Source: Thermoanaerobaculia bacterium (lineage in GTDB: Bacteria > Acidobacteriota > Thermoanaerobaculia > UBA5066 > DATFVB01). From it: a stretch of 64,000 nt of DNA. A program made the position numbers and the translations under genes. This document shows, piece by piece, positions 36,646 to 45,458 of the stretch. Numbering within the stretch: the first letter of the stretch is position 1; each line of letters starts with the position of its first letter. The notes beneath the pieces were generated by a model, which worked only from the letters and a program-made list of their open reading frames with translations, had not been told where the DNA came from and searched no databases. The stretch is from the NCBI GenBank assembly GCA_035717485.1, contig DASTIQ010000071.1, positions 4,651-68,650 on the forward strand. Direction: 5' to 3'.

Positions 36646-36771
36646 GGCACGGACCATACGCGCCGTTATACGGGCCCGTCGGAACCGCCGGCGGGCTTAG
36701 CGTACGCCCCGGTACGCCGCGCCCGCCGGCCGATCCCGCCGGACCCGTCTTCCAGCACGTCTGGCCGCGCC
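36646..36771 (+). repeat. copy A of a ~125-nt structured repeat (MITE-like or ncRNA / 3'-UTR element)
   Basis: Aligns along its full length with the reverse complement of 60181-60305 (e.g. CGGACCATACGCRCCGTTAT, CGTACGC-N-CCGGTACGCCGCG, GCACGTCTGGCCGC). The termini GGCACGG...CCGCGCC are mutually complementary. It starts 2 nt after the TAG stop of the AAA+ gene. Confidence 0.7.
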
Positions 36772-36902
36772 TTACTGCCATTGCCCCAGGAGATGCGTCG
36801 TCATTGCCAGCGCAGCGAAGCAATCTCCAGTCTTGCGGCTTGCCGTCCGAAAGAGGTTGTTTGGCTCGTGGAGCGCAGCCTCCGCCATAGAATCGGCTGC
36901 TC

Positions 36903-37661
36903 ATGACCGACACGAAGACCAACCTCCGCGTTCGCATCCGATCGGGCGGAAAGCTCCTCGGGTGCTTCCTGACCTGGCCGGTCGGCGGAGCGGTCGAGCT
37001 CCTCGGGCTCGCCGATTTCGATTTTGTCGTCGTCGACGTCGAGCACGGATTCCACGACATCGAATCGGTCGAGAACCTCGTGAGGGCGGCCGACGTCGCC
37101 GGGATCGGCGCGATCGTCCGGCCGCCGCGCTTCGACTCGGACGTCGTGTGCCGCGCCCTCGATGCCGGCGCGGCGGGCATCCTCGCGCCCCGGGTCGGAA
37201 GCGCGACGGACGCGAAGACCACCGTCGAGAACATCAAGTTCGCCCCCGAAGGGCGCCGCGGTCTCGGCGGCGTCCGCGCCAACCGGTACGGCACGCAGCC
37301 CCTCGCCGAGTTCGTCCGCGAATCGAACGACCGGACGGTCGTCGCCGTCCAGATCGAGACGCCGGGAGCGCTGGACGAAGTCGGGGCGATCGCCGCGCTC
37401 CCGGGAGTGGACGTCCTTTTCGTCGGCCCGAACGACCTGACGCAGGCGCTCGGCATTCCCGGGCGGGTCGACGACCGGCGCTACCTCGACGCCCTGAGCC
37501 GGGTCGCGCAGGCCGCCGCGGACCACGGCAAGGCGGCGGGAATCATGCTCGGCCGCCGCGAGCAGATCCCCGCGCTCGCCGAGACCGGCTACCGCTTCTT
37601 CACGACGAGCGACCGGACACTCATGCTGGAGTCGGCGCGCGCGTGGCGCAGCGCGCTATAG
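36903..37661 (+). CDS. HpcH/HpaI family aldolase
   Basis: Motifs DFDFVVVDVEHG, VRPP, VAVQIETPGAL, VDVLFVGPNDL. Confidence 0.82.
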   Translation: MTDTKTNLRVRIRSGGKLLGCFLTWPVGGAVELLGLADFDFVVVDVEHGFHDIESVENLVRAADVAGIGAIVRPPRFDSDVVCRALDAGAAGILAPRVGSATDAKTTVENIKFAPEGRRGLGGVRANRYGTQPLAEFVRESNDRTVVAVQIETPGALDEVGAIAALPGVDVLFVGPNDLTQALGIPGRVDDRRYLDALSRVAQAAADHGKAAGIMLGRREQIPALAETGYRFFTTSDRTLMLESARAWRSAL

Positions 37662-37874
37662 GCGCGCCGATTCTCCTTCTCCCAGAGTCGGAGGCCGGAG
37701 TCTCTCCGCCGTCTCCGTTCTGCTTCTCGCCGCAAGAGCCCCGGGGATAGCTTCAGGGCTCCGGATGGCACCCAAAGCGGTGGCGCGGATGCAATCGCTG
37801 AGAGATAAGGCGCGTCGAGGCGCGAGGCCGCCCGTCTGGCTCGATGCATCGGCGCGCCGCTACAATAGAGCGGG

Positions 37875-38960
37875 ATGCGGTACCGCTACCAGGACTACCC
37901 GGTCGACCTCCTCCGTCAGCTCCTCACCCAGGACGAGCTCACGAAGCTCTTCTGGCAGCTCGTGCTCCAGACGGGCGGAGACGTCGAGGAGGCGCTTCGG
38001 TGGATGGAATACCTGCAGGAGCGCGGTCTCATCGATCCCTCGATCGACCTCGGGAAGTTCCGCGAGGAGCTGGAGAAGCGCGAGCTGATCGAGAACCGGG
38101 GCGGCGCGGCGGTGCTGACCGGCGCCGCGGAACGCCAGATCCGCCGGCAGGCGCTCGAGGAAGTCTTCTCGTCGCTCAAGAAATCGGGGGCCGGCTATCA
38201 CGCGACCCCGAAGACGGGGACGGGAGGCGACCTCGTCCCCGAGACCCGGCCCTACGAATTCGGCGACAACCCGACCGCGATCGACGGCGTCCGGACGATC
38301 GGCAACGCCGTCCGGCGCGACGCCACGGAGATCGACCTGCGCGAGGAGGATTTCGAGGTTTATTCGACCGAGCATCAGACGTCGTGCGCGACCGTGATCG
38401 CGATCGACATCTCGCATTCGATGGTCCTCTACGGGGAAGACCGGTTCACGCCGGCGAAGAAGGTCGCGCTCGCGATGGTCGAGCTCATCCAGGCGAAGTA
38501 CCCGAAGGACACGATCGACGTCGTTCTCTTCGGCGACGATGCGAAGCGGATCCCGATCTCCGAGATCTCGAAGACGCAGGTCGGCCCCTTCCACACGAAC
38601 ACGAAGGCGGGACTCGCGCTCTCGCGGAAGATCCTGCAGCACAAGAAGAACCCGAACAAGCAGATCTTCATGATCACGGACGGCAAACCGTCCGCCATCT
38701 TCGATCGCGGCAAGCTCTACAAGAACCCGTTCGGGCTGGATCTCAAGATCGTCAACCGCACGCTCGAGGAAGCGGACGCCTGCCGCCGCGACGGCATCAC
38801 GATCACGACGTTCATGATCGCGACCGACCAGTATCTCGTCGAGTTCGTCGAGAAGCTCACGAAGATCAACCGCGGGCGGGCCTACTACGCGTCGCCCTAC
38901 AACCTCGCGGAATTCCTCTTCTCGGACTACATCCGGAACCGGAAGAAATTCCTCCACTGA
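37875..38960 (+). CDS. VWA domain protein (CoxE/BchD-like partner of the AAA+ ATPase)
   Basis: MIDAS motif VIAIDISHSM, then ITDGKPSA and TITTFMIA. The N-terminal helical domain is typical of CoxE-like VWA proteins. Confidence 0.8.
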   Translation: MRYRYQDYPVDLLRQLLTQDELTKLFWQLVLQTGGDVEEALRWMEYLQERGLIDPSIDLGKFREELEKRELIENRGGAAVLTGAAERQIRRQALEEVFSSLKKSGAGYHATPKTGTGGDLVPETRPYEFGDNPTAIDGVRTIGNAVRRDATEIDLREEDFEVYSTEHQTSCATVIAIDISHSMVLYGEDRFTPAKKVALAMVELIQAKYPKDTIDVVLFGDDAKRIPISEISKTQVGPFHTNTKAGLALSRKILQHKKNPNKQIFMITDGKPSAIFDRGKLYKNPFGLDLKIVNRTLEEADACRRDGITITTFMIATDQYLVEFVEKLTKINRGRAYYASPYNLAEFLFSDYIRNRKKFLH

Positions 38961-39033
38961 TCGCCTCGGCGCGATCAGTGGAGACTCGAGTCGCGAGTCG
39001 GCGGGTCCAGAGTCGGGCGCCCCCCGGTTCCCG

Positions 39034-39062
39034 GACTCGCGACTCGCGACTCGCGACTTCGC
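39034..39062. repeat. heptamer tandem repeat (GACTCGC x3 plus one imperfect unit), right arm of an inverted repeat
   Basis: GACTCGC repeats at 39034, 39041 and 39048, with GACTTCGC at 39055. CGACTCGCGACTC (39040-39052) is the exact reverse complement of GAGTCGCGAGTCG (38988-39000). Confidence 0.8.
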
Positions 39063-39074
39063 TAGGATTAGCGG

Positions 39075-39620
39075 ATGAGCAGAATCACGAAGATCGGCCG
39101 ATCCAAAACGGCGGGCCCCGTTCGCGCGGCGCTCGACCGGATGGCGGAGCAGCGCGGGAACGTCCCGAACATGTTCCGGATCGTGGCGCACCGGCCGGAG
39201 CTGATGACGACGATGCTCGCCCACTTCGCCGAGGTGATGAAGGACACGACCGTGCCGGTCCGCCTGAAGGAGCTGCTGGCGGTCCAGACCTCGCTCGCGA
39301 ACTCCTGCGCCTATTGACTGCGCTCCCACACCGCTCTGGCAGAGCGGTTCGGAGCGACGAAAGAGCAGATCGAATCGGTCCTCGATTTCGAGAACGGGCC
39401 GTACGACGAACGGGAGAAGGCGGCACTCCGGTTCGGACTCCGGATGACGAAGGACGCCCCGAACATGACCGACGGGGACGTCGCGGCCCTCCGCGCGCAC
39501 TGGTCGGAGGGGGAAGCCGTCGAGATCGCCGCCGTCGTCGGGACCTTCAACTACTTCAACCGCTTCAACGACGCGTTCGGCGTGGAGCCCACCGGGCCCG
39601 GAGAAGGAATCGACAGCTGA
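39075..39620 (+). CDS. AhpD/carboxymuconolactone decarboxylase-family peroxidase-related protein, probable selenoprotein (TGA at 39315-39317 read as Sec)
   Basis: The track ORF stops at ...SLANSCAY-TGA. The same frame continues LRSHTALAERFG... to TGA at 39618-39620. The family motif CxxCxxxH is present as C-A-Y-TGA-L-R-S-H, and a SECIS-like hairpin follows. Confidence 0.7.
39330..39348 (+). promoter_or_regulatory. candidate bacterial SECIS hairpin
   Basis: ACCGCTCT-GGC-AGAGCGGT: a perfect 8-bp stem with a G-first apical loop. The stem begins 12 nt after the in-frame TGA. Confidence 0.55.
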
Positions 39621-39677
39621 GCGCCGGGCGCGCGCCGGAACGGAAACCCTCCGGGACGGCCCGCCGCCGCTCGGCCC

Positions 39678-40973
39678 CTAACCGGTCGCGGGCAGGAAGC
39701 TCAATTGCGCCGGGTCGAAGCGGGTCATCCGGATGATCCCGTCGCGGATGCCGTCGTGATTGATGTCGGGGCCGGCGTATTTCCAGACGATGTCGCCGGT
39801 CGGCGAGATCTCGAAGACGTGCCCCGTCATCGACTCGGTCACGAGCGTGTTCCCGTTGGCGAGGCGCTGGGCGGCACCCGACGCCTTCGAAAAGAATCCC
39901 TTCGACGGCGCGTACCGCCACACCACGCGATCGGTCAGCGGGTCGACCTCGATGAGCTGCGAACGCTCCGTGCCGTTGTCGAAGACGAGGATGTGCCCGT
40001 CCGGGAGGAGGCGCGGGTCGTGCTGGTACGTGAGGTTCCCCGGCCCCCACAGCCAGACGATCTTCTCCGCGTCCGGCACGCGGGGATCGACGATCGCGAT
40101 GGCGTTCAGGTTCCGGATGGAGACGAGGAGATTGCCGCGCGCGTAGATCGGTGAGCGCGCGGCGAGGCGCCCGTCGAACGACTCGACGTGATTGGTGTGG
40201 AAGACGTCGAGCGCATGGATCGACGCCGGGATCGGCGCCTGCTCGAGACGCGGGAGGAGAAAGCGGTATCCGGAGCGCTCGAGGAGCGGGAGGATCGGGA
40301 TCTTGCGCAGGATCGACCCGTTCGGGTCGAGGAACGTGATCGCGTCCGCTTCGATCGGCAGCGTCGGGTGGATCGCCGGGACGATCTCGGGAGTCCGGCT
40401 CAGGACGAGGAGGTCGCCGTTCCCCGCGGGCCAGACGTCGTGATGCGCGCGAAGCGAAATCCTCCAGACGATCTTCGAGTCGCGATCGACCTTGACGACG
40501 GCCAGGTCCTTCAACGTGAAGACGACGGATCCGTCCGGCAGCAGCTCGGCGTGCTCGAGCCACGGGTTTTCCTTCCGGAACACCGCCGCGTCGATCTGCC
40601 ATCTCCAGAGGACCTTTCCGTCCATGTCCATCAGGTAAGCCCGCGGAGCGCCCCGGCACCAGGGAGCGATGAAGTTCACGCCGGGCGACGTGCGCGCCCG
40701 GTCCCACTTGATGATCCCGGTCGCCGGATTCGGATCGTACGACTGCAGGATGTACGGGAGGTTCTGCAGAGCCGCGAAGTTCTGGGCGGACTGGCCGCGG
40801 ACTTCCTGTTCGGTGCCGGGCGGGGGCGGCGGCCGGCGGGCCGGGGCGGGAGCCCCGGTCGTCAGAGCCGCCGGCCGGGCGGCGAGACGCGCCCGCCAGC
40901 CGAAGAACGCGAGCGGAACCGTCCAGAGTCCGACGGCCAGATAGACTCCTCCCCTCGACCTTGTCCGGAACAT
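39678..40973 (-). CDS. arylsulfotransferase (ASST)-like beta-propeller protein, N-terminally membrane-anchored or secreted
   Basis: Real gene at the 3' end of the artefactual 1987-aa ORF, starting at the ATG at 40973 (MFRTRSRGGVYLAVGLWTVPLAFF). Repeated propeller-like blades (LLPDGSVVF, LLPDGHILVFDNG, LANGNTLV) and HTNH / HHD motifs. Confidence 0.6.
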   Translation of the reverse strand: MFRTRSRGGVYLAVGLWTVPLAFFGWRARLAARPAALTTGAPAPARRPPPPPGTEQEVRGQSAQNFAALQNLPYILQSYDPNPATGIIKWDRARTSPGVNFIAPWCRGAPRAYLMDMDGKVLWRWQIDAAVFRKENPWLEHAELLPDGSVVFTLKDLAVVKVDRDSKIVWRISLRAHHDVWPAGNGDLLVLSRTPEIVPAIHPTLPIEADAITFLDPNGSILRKIPILPLLERSGYRFLLPRLEQAPIPASIHALDVFHTNHVESFDGRLAARSPIYARGNLLVSIRNLNAIAIVDPRVPDAEKIVWLWGPGNLTYQHDPRLLPDGHILVFDNGTERSQLIEVDPLTDRVVWRYAPSKGFFSKASGAAQRLANGNTLVTESMTGHVFEISPTGDIVWKYAGPDINHDGIRDGIIRMTRFDPAQLSFLPATG

Positions 40974-41027
40974 CTCTTCATTCTGGACAAAGACCCCGAG
41001 GGCGTCAAGAAATAGAATCGTCGGCCC

Positions 41028-44000
41028 ATGGGTTCCGGCGCCGACGTCCCCTTCCACGCCCCCGTCGCGGACTGGTTTCGATCGTCGTTCGAGGCGCCGA
41101 CGCCGGCGCAGCGGCTCGGCTGGCCCTCCATCGTCGTGGGCCGGTCGGCGCTCGTCCTCGCGCCGACCGGCTCCGGCAAGACGCTCGCCGCCTTCCTCGC
41201 CGGCCTCGACCGGCTGATGTTCTCTCCCGAGCCGCCGCGCGAGCGCCGGTGCCGGATCCTCTACGTGTCTCCGCTCAAGGCGCTCGCCGTCGACGTCGAG
41301 CGGAACCTGCGCGCGCCGATCGCGGGGATTTCCGCGGCGGCGGAGCGCTCCGGAACCGCGTACCGCGTTCCCTCGATCTTCGTCCGGAGCGGCGACACGC
41401 CGGCCGCCGACCGCGCCGCGATGCGCCGGCACCCGCCGGACATCCTCATCACGACCCCGGAATCGCTCTATCTGATCCTGACGTCGCAGGCGCGGGAAGT
41501 GCTCGCCTTCGTCGAGACGGTGATCGTCGACGAGATCCACTCGCTCGTTCCGGGCAAGCGAGGCGCACACCTGGCCGTCTCGCTCGAGCGTCTGGAAGCT
41601 CTCCGCGGCGACGCTCCCCCTCTCCAGCGCGTCGGCCTGTCGGCGACCGTGCGTCCCGAATCGGAAGCCGCGCGCCTGCTCGCCGGAGGAACGATCGATC
41701 GCGCCGGCCGATGGCGGATGCGCCCGGTCGAGGTGATCGACGCGCGCAGCCGGAAGCCGTTCGAGCTCTCGGTCGAAGTGCCGGTCGAGGACATGACGCG
41801 GCTCGGCGACGAGGAGCCGATCCCGAGCGGACCCGCCGCGGCCCGGCCGAAGAGGTCGATCTGGCCCTCGATCCACCCTCGTCTCCTCGAGCTCGTTCGC
41901 GCGCACCGGTCCACGATGATCTTCGTCAACAGCCGGCGGCTCGCCGAACGGCTGGCCGGGGCGCTGAACGACCTGGCCGGCGAGGAAGTGGCGCTCGCGC
42001 ACCACGGATCGGTCTCCCGCGAGCGCCGCCTGGTGATCGAGGACCGGCTGAAGCGCGGCGACCTGCCGGCGATCGTCGCGACGTCGTCGCTCGAGCTCGG
42101 GATCGACATGGGCGCGGTCGATCTCGTCGTCCAGATCGAGGCTCCTCCCTCGGTCGCGAGTGGAATGCAGAGAATCGGCCGCGCCGGCCACCGCGTCGGC
42201 GCGCCGTCGAAGGGAATCATCCTGCCGAAGTATCGCGGCGACCTCCTCGCCTCGGCCGCCGTCGCGCGGCGAATGGAAGAGGGGCTCGTCGAAGAGTCGT
42301 TCGCGCCGAGGAATCCCCTCGACGTCCTCGCCCAGCAGGTCGTCGCGATCGCGAGCGACGGAACGCACGACGTCGACGAGCTCTTCGCGATGGTCCGGCG
42401 GGCGGCCGCCTTCTCCGATCTTCCCCGCTCCGCGTTCGAAGGCGTGCTCGACATGCTCTCCGGCCGGTATCCGTCCGACGAGTTCGCCGAGCTCCGGCCG
42501 CGACTCGTCTGGAACCGCGCGAAGGGAACGGTGCGCGGCCGGGAAGGCGTCCGCAGCGTCGCCGTCGCCAACGCCGGGACGATTCCCGACCGCGGGCTCT
42601 ACGGGGTCTTCCTCGCCGGGCAGGAGAAGGGGAAGAGCGCGCGGGTCGGCGAGCTCGACGAAGAGATGGTGTTCGAGAGCCGCGAGGGGGACGTCTTCCT
42701 GCTCGGGGCATCCTCGTGGCGAATCGAGGAGATCACGCACGACCGCGTCGTCGTCTCCCCCGCTCCCGGCGAGCCGGGGAAGATGCCCTTCTGGCACGGG
42801 GACCGCGCGGGGCGTCCCGTCGAGCTCGGCCGCGCGATCGGCGCGCTCGCGCGCGAGCTCGCCGGCACCGCGCCCGCGGAAGCGGCGCGACGCCTGCGGG
42901 CGGAAGGGCTCGACGCGAAAGCCGCGAAGAACCTCCTCGCCTATCTCGCCGATCAGAAGGAAGCGACCGGCGAGGTTCCGAGCGACCGCACGATCGTCGT
43001 CGAACGCAATCGCGACGAGGTCGGCGACTGGCGCGTCTGCGTCCATTCGCCGTTCGGCGGAAAGGTCCACGCCCCCTGGTCGATGGCCGTCGAGGCCAAG
43101 ATCCGGAGGGAGACGGGACTCGAGGTGGAGACGCTCTGGAGCGACGACGGGATGGTCTTCCGGTTCCCCGAATCCGACGCGCCCCCGGAAACGGGACTCT
43201 TCTTCCCCGACCCCGCCGAGGCGGAGTCGCTCGTGACCGAAAGGCTTCCCGAGACCTCGCTCTTCGCCGCGCATTTCCGGGAGGCCGCCGGCCGCGCGCT
43301 CCTCCTGCCGCGCCGGCGGCCGGGAATGCGCCAGCCCCTCTGGCGGCAGCGGAAGCGCTCCGCCGACCTGCTCTCGGTCGCCTCGCGCTTCCCTTCGTTC
43401 CCGATCATCCTCGAGACGTACCGCGAATGCCTGAAGGACGTCTTCGACCTGCCCGGGCTCGCCGGGATCCTCGGCGACGCGCGGGCCCGGAAGATCCGGA
43501 TCGCGGCCGTCGACACCGACGCGCCCTCTCCCTTCGCCGCCTCGCTCCTCTTCTCGTACGTCGCGAACTTCATCTACGACGGCGACGCTCCGCTCGCCGA
43601 GCGCCGGGCGCAGGTGCTGTCGGTCGATCTCGCTCAACTCAAGGAGCTCCTCGGCGAGGCCGACCTGCGCGACCTCCTCGACGGCGGCGCGATCGAGGAG
43701 GTCGAGCGCCGGGCGCAGGGGCTCGGCGAAGGGCGCCGAGTGTCGTCGGCCGACTCGCTGCACGGCCTCCTGCTCCGGGTGGGAGACCTCGCCTCTCCGG
43801 AGATCGCGCGGCGGGCCGACCCGGCGGCGCCGGTGGAGGAATGGCTCCGGCAGCTCGAGGACGAACGCCGCATCGCGCGGGTCGCCGTCGCCGGGGAGGA
43901 GCGCTGGATCGCGGCGGAGGACCTCGGCCGATACCGCGACGCGGCCGGAGTCGTGCCGCCCCGCGGCTATCCGGAGGCGCTCCTCGCGCCGGTCGCCGAC

Positions 44001-45458
44001 GCGGCGGGCGATCTCGTCGGCCGCTTTGCGCGCACGCACGGGCCGTTCCTCCCGGGAGACGCCGCGCGGCGGCTCGGGATGGCGGAATCGGCCGTGCGAG
44101 CCGCGCTCGATCGTCTCGCCGAGCGGGGACGGGTCGCGCCCGGGAGCTTCCGCGCCGCCGCCCCCGAGCGGGAATGGTGCGACGTCGAGGCGCTCCGCGC
44201 GATCAAGCAGAAGTCGATGGCGAGGCTCCGCCGCCAGGCCGAGCCGCAGCCCCGCAGCGCTCTCGCGCGGCTCGCCGTCGCCTGGAACGCCATCGGAGAG
44301 CGCCGGCGCGGGCCTGAAGCGCTCTGGAGCGCGATCGAGCAGCTGCAGGGGTGCGCGCTGCCGGCCTCGGTTCTCGAAACGGAGATTCTTCCGGCGCGCG
44401 TCGAGGGCTATCGGCCCGCCGACCTCGATCTGTTGTGCGCAACCGGGGAAGTCGTGTGGTGCGGCATCGAGCCGATCGGCGACCGCGACGGACGCGTGGC
44501 GCTCTTCCTCGCGGACCGAGCCTCGACGCTGGCCCCGCTCCCCCGGTCGGCCGGCGACGAGCTGCCGCGGCGCGTGCTCGAGGTCCTCGGTCGGCGGGGC
44601 GCCTCGTTCTTCGCCGACGTGCAGCGGGAACTCGGCGCGTTCACCGGGGATCTGGCCGAGGCGCTCTGGGATCTCGTGTGGGCGGGCCGCATCACGAACG
44701 ACACTCTCGCTCCCCTTCGGAGCCGGATCGGAAAATCGACGCGGCAGGCCCGGAAAGAAGGTACCGGAAACCTCCGCCGGCCGCGGCTCTCCCCGCCCGG
44801 CACCGAGGGAAGATGGTCGCTCGTTCCCGCGCCGGCGCGCCGCGACGCCGAGTCCGCCCTCGCGCTCGCGCGGCAGCTGCTCGAGCGGTATGGCGTCCTG
44901 ACGCGAGAGGCGGTGCGCGCGGAGGGGGTTCCCGGCGGATTTTCGTCGCTCTACCGGGTCCTCCGGCAGATGGAGGAAGCGGGGCGGATCCGGCGGGGGT
45001 ATTTCGTCGAAGGGATGGGCGCGGCGCAGTTCGCCGTTCCCGGCGCGGAAGAACGCCTTCGGGTTCCCGACCGGGAGCCGAAGACGGTCGTCCTCGCCGC
45101 GACCGACCCGGCGAACCTCTACGGGGCATCCCTCCCCTGGCCCGACGCCGCCGGTCCTCGCCCTCAGCGGACGCCGGGGGCTCTCGTCGTCGTCCGCGAC
45201 GGAGAGCTCCTCGCCTTTCTTCCCCGCGGGGAAAGGGAAGTGACGCTGTTCGGCGAGGCGCCGGCCGCGGCGGTCGCCGAAGCGCTGGCGGCCCGCGCCT
45301 CGATGCCGGGCCGGCGCGGGCTCCTGATCACCCGGATCGGCGGCGAGGAAGCGGCCTCGTCCCCCGCCGCCGAGGCGTTCCGGAAACACGGCTTCTCGGC
45401 CAGCCGATCGGGCCTTCTCCGCCGGCCGTCGAAGTCGTCGGAGGGCGAAGATGCCTGA
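41028..45458 (+). CDS. lhr: ATP-dependent helicase Lhr (large helicase-related, SF2)
   Basis: 1476 aa. Motif I APTGSGKT, motif II VDEIH, then SAT, HHGSVSRERR, RIGRAGH. The long Lhr-type C-terminal extension is present. Confidence 0.9.
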   Translation: MGSGADVPFHAPVADWFRSSFEAPTPAQRLGWPSIVVGRSALVLAPTGSGKTLAAFLAGLDRLMFSPEPPRERRCRILYVSPLKALAVDVERNLRAPIAGISAAAERSGTAYRVPSIFVRSGDTPAADRAAMRRHPPDILITTPESLYLILTSQAREVLAFVETVIVDEIHSLVPGKRGAHLAVSLERLEALRGDAPPLQRVGLSATVRPESEAARLLAGGTIDRAGRWRMRPVEVIDARSRKPFELSVEVPVEDMTRLGDEEPIPSGPAAARPKRSIWPSIHPRLLELVRAHRSTMIFVNSRRLAERLAGALNDLAGEEVALAHHGSVSRERRLVIEDRLKRGDLPAIVATSSLELGIDMGAVDLVVQIEAPPSVASGMQRIGRAGHRVGAPSKGIILPKYRGDLLASAAVARRMEEGLVEESFAPRNPLDVLAQQVVAIASDGTHDVDELFAMVRRAAAFSDLPRSAFEGVLDMLSGRYPSDEFAELRPRLVWNRAKGTVRGREGVRSVAVANAGTIPDRGLYGVFLAGQEKGKSARVGELDEEMVFESREGDVFLLGASSWRIEEITHDRVVVSPAPGEPGKMPFWHGDRAGRPVELGRAIGALARELAGTAPAEAARRLRAEGLDAKAAKNLLAYLADQKEATGEVPSDRTIVVERNRDEVGDWRVCVHSPFGGKVHAPWSMAVEAKIRRETGLEVETLWSDDGMVFRFPESDAPPETGLFFPDPAEAESLVTERLPETSLFAAHFREAAGRALLLPRRRPGMRQPLWRQRKRSADLLSVASRFPSFPIILETYRECLKDVFDLPGLAGILGDARARKIRIAAVDTDAPSPFAASLLFSYVANFIYDGDAPLAERRAQVLSVDLAQLKELLGEADLRDLLDGGAIEEVERRAQGLGEGRRVSSADSLHGLLLRVGDLASPEIARRADPAAPVEEWLRQLEDERRIARVAVAGEERWIAAEDLGRYRDAAGVVPPRGYPEALLAPVADAAGDLVGRFARTHGPFLPGDAARRLGMAESAVRAALDRLAERGRVAPGSFRAAAPEREWCDVEALRAIKQKSMARLRRQAEPQPRSALARLAVAWNAIGERRRGPEALWSAIEQLQGCALPASVLETEILPARVEGYRPADLDLLCATGEVVWCGIEPIGDRDGRVALFLADRASTLAPLPRSAGDELPRRVLEVLGRRGASFFADVQRELGAFTGDLAEALWDLVWAGRITNDTLAPLRSRIGKSTRQARKEGTGNLRRPRLSPPGTEGRWSLVPAPARRDAESALALARQLLERYGVLTREAVRAEGVPGGFSSLYRVLRQMEEAGRIRRGYFVEGMGAAQFAVPGAEERLRVPDREPKTVVLAATDPANLYGASLPWPDAAGPRPQRTPGALVVVRDGELLAFLPRGEREVTLFGEAPAAAVAEALAARASMPGRRGLLITRIGGEEAASSPAAEAFRKHGFSASRSGLLRRPSKSSEGEDA

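Noticed and set aside
36646-36662. GGCACG at the start of repeat copy A as a sigma54 -24 element, since an NtrC-type activator is encoded in the window.
   Set aside because: The GG-N10-GC spacing fails: position -12 would be AC. Copy B has GGTGCGG instead, so the motif is not conserved.
39034-39062. The heptamer array as a CRISPR array or similar.
   Set aside because: The units are 7 nt, contiguous and without spacers. No cas genes are present, and no other direct-repeat/spacer architecture was seen in the window.
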